A DNA stretch of 64,000 bases from Eledone cirrhosa (taxonomy: Eukaryota): NCBI GenBank assembly GCA_964016885.1, contig OZ024743.1:326678001-326742000 (forward strand), given 5' to 3'. Each line of letters begins with the position of its first letter. Position 1 is the first letter of the stretch. Positions 62,386 through 64,000 of the stretch are shown piece after piece. The position numbers and the translations under genes are program-made. A model generated the notes under the pieces. It saw only the letters and a program-made list of their open reading frames with translations, searched no databases and was not told the DNA's origin.

Positions 62386-64000
62386 CTGAAAGAAAGAAAA
62401 GTAAAAATATATTAAGTGGGATTTTAGATGGAATCTCATTAATGATGGCTTTCTCAAAATAAAACTACAAAAATTGATTGTTTCTGTGTATGACCTAATG
62501 GTTAAGGAGTTTGCTTCATAAAGTTCCAAGTTCAATCCCACTGCGTGGCATCTTGGACAAGAGTTATTTACTATAGTCTCAAGTTCACTCATACCTTTTG
62601 AGTGAAATCAGGTAGATGGAAACTGTTTTGAAGCCCATCAAATGGACCATATATGTAATTCAAAGGGCCAGCCTTGTCACACACTGAATCTCCCTGAGAA
62701 TTTCATCAAGGGTACACGTGTTTAGTCACTCACCAACACACTCTAACCTCTGGCCCCCAGATGTGCTGTCTCCTCAGTTTGCTACTAATACTGTAGCCCC
62801 TGCTTCTTAGAATTGGTTAGTCTTCTGCCATTTCTACTTAGACATATTCTTCTCTCATCACCCATATTGTATCTATCCAACCCAACCTCCAACCAACCTA
62901 GGCCCCACACAACCCAGGCCTCACACAACACAGGCCCCACACAACACAAGCCCCACACAAATACCAAATCCATTTCTCCAGAATGTAATCCTTCTGGAAT
63001 CCCCTGTCTGACTATGATTTTCCTCCAGTTGTTAAAGAAAAGAACATAGGAGGCATCAATTTCCTCAGTCTCTGATGGCACAGCCCCTCTTTCCAGACTA
63101 ATCATTAGATCAAAAATATTATGGTTGAGTACACTTGAGTTAATAAAGCTGTTAAATGATGACAACAACAATAATCCTATTATTATCACCATTAGTTCTG
63201 GTGCCACGATAAAATGTACCCGCTACCCTGTAAGGGTAGATATTTCTGCAGGAGTCACAATAAAATATTCCGAGTTCACATTGTCAAGTAGTTGGTGTTA
63301 GGAAGGGCATCCAGCAAGAGAAACTAAGTCAAAAATGAAACATAAGCAAGATAATAATAATAATGAAATTATTGTGTAAAGTGCTCAGGTACACCACAAC
63401 TCGTCAATATAGTACATAGAATAATACACAAATATCAGGGAAGTACATGTGTGTATGTGTTAGCTGTAGTGTTGGCGGATCTCGGGAAGCAAGGAGGCTT
63501 TAAAGATGCAGTCACCTGTCTAACCTCAGAACAAAACAACCCATCTAAACTATGCAAGCATGGAAAATATTGTATATGCCAGCATACAAGTTGACATTTG
63601 GAGCCTAAAAATATCTCTCCAAAACCAGGGGCAACTTGTCCGCCGAATATAAAATGTGAACCTTTACCACTGAGGGGTAAACAGTGAAACTGCCTGCCTA
63701 ACACTCATTGTACACCACTTACCATAACTCTAGCAGCCCACCACAATTATTTCGTACTGAATCTCATATTTGTTAAGTCTATTTAACATAGAGATTATAA
63801 TAATATCAATGACTTGTCGTAGCTCATAGGGTAGGTTACCATAGGGTAGGTTACCATAGGTTCGTTAAGGTTAGGCTAGGCTGGTTTACTCAGTAAGTTA
63901 GAACTAACTTGCGACCAAAGTGTTTTAGAAGAAGTGTCTTAGAATTGTCTAAGCTATCAGAAAAACAATGGTAATTTCACCACAAAACAAAACTAGCCGA

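Noticed and set aside
63826-63885. Telomere-like TTAGG/TAGG repeats
   Set aside because: Only a 15-bp duplication plus a few degenerate units, too short to call.

Overview
Eukaryotic, AT- and microsatellite-rich DNA, most likely an octopus or other coleoid cephalopod (inferred from the GSWD neuropeptide and the SINE content). Host genes: (1) the last coding exon of an achatin-like/Ocp-3-type tetrapeptide precursor (SSWY, GSWD, 3x GSWN) at 2372-2603 (+); (2) four phase-consistent 3' exons of a SEA-like single-pass membrane protein at 62385-59195 (-). Two structures dominate. The first is a 16.8-kb head-to-tail array of three Tx1-type (L1 clade) non-LTR retrotransposons on the minus strand (13044-29651), joined and flanked by (GATA)n. 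Their 5' UTRs carry a conserved double hairpin with compensatory changes, and copies B and C are identical except for their 3' ~0.8 kb. The second is a >=16-kb array of about 200 copies of a 79-bp unit (41782-57935, with a 200-N gap) that has sub-arrays of variants. The rest is decayed RTE LINEs, three tRNA-headed SINE families, hAT- and piggyBac-like MITEs, long palindromes and several degenerate minimal hammerhead-ribozyme motifs of the Penelope type. All calls were made by eye, with no database searches.
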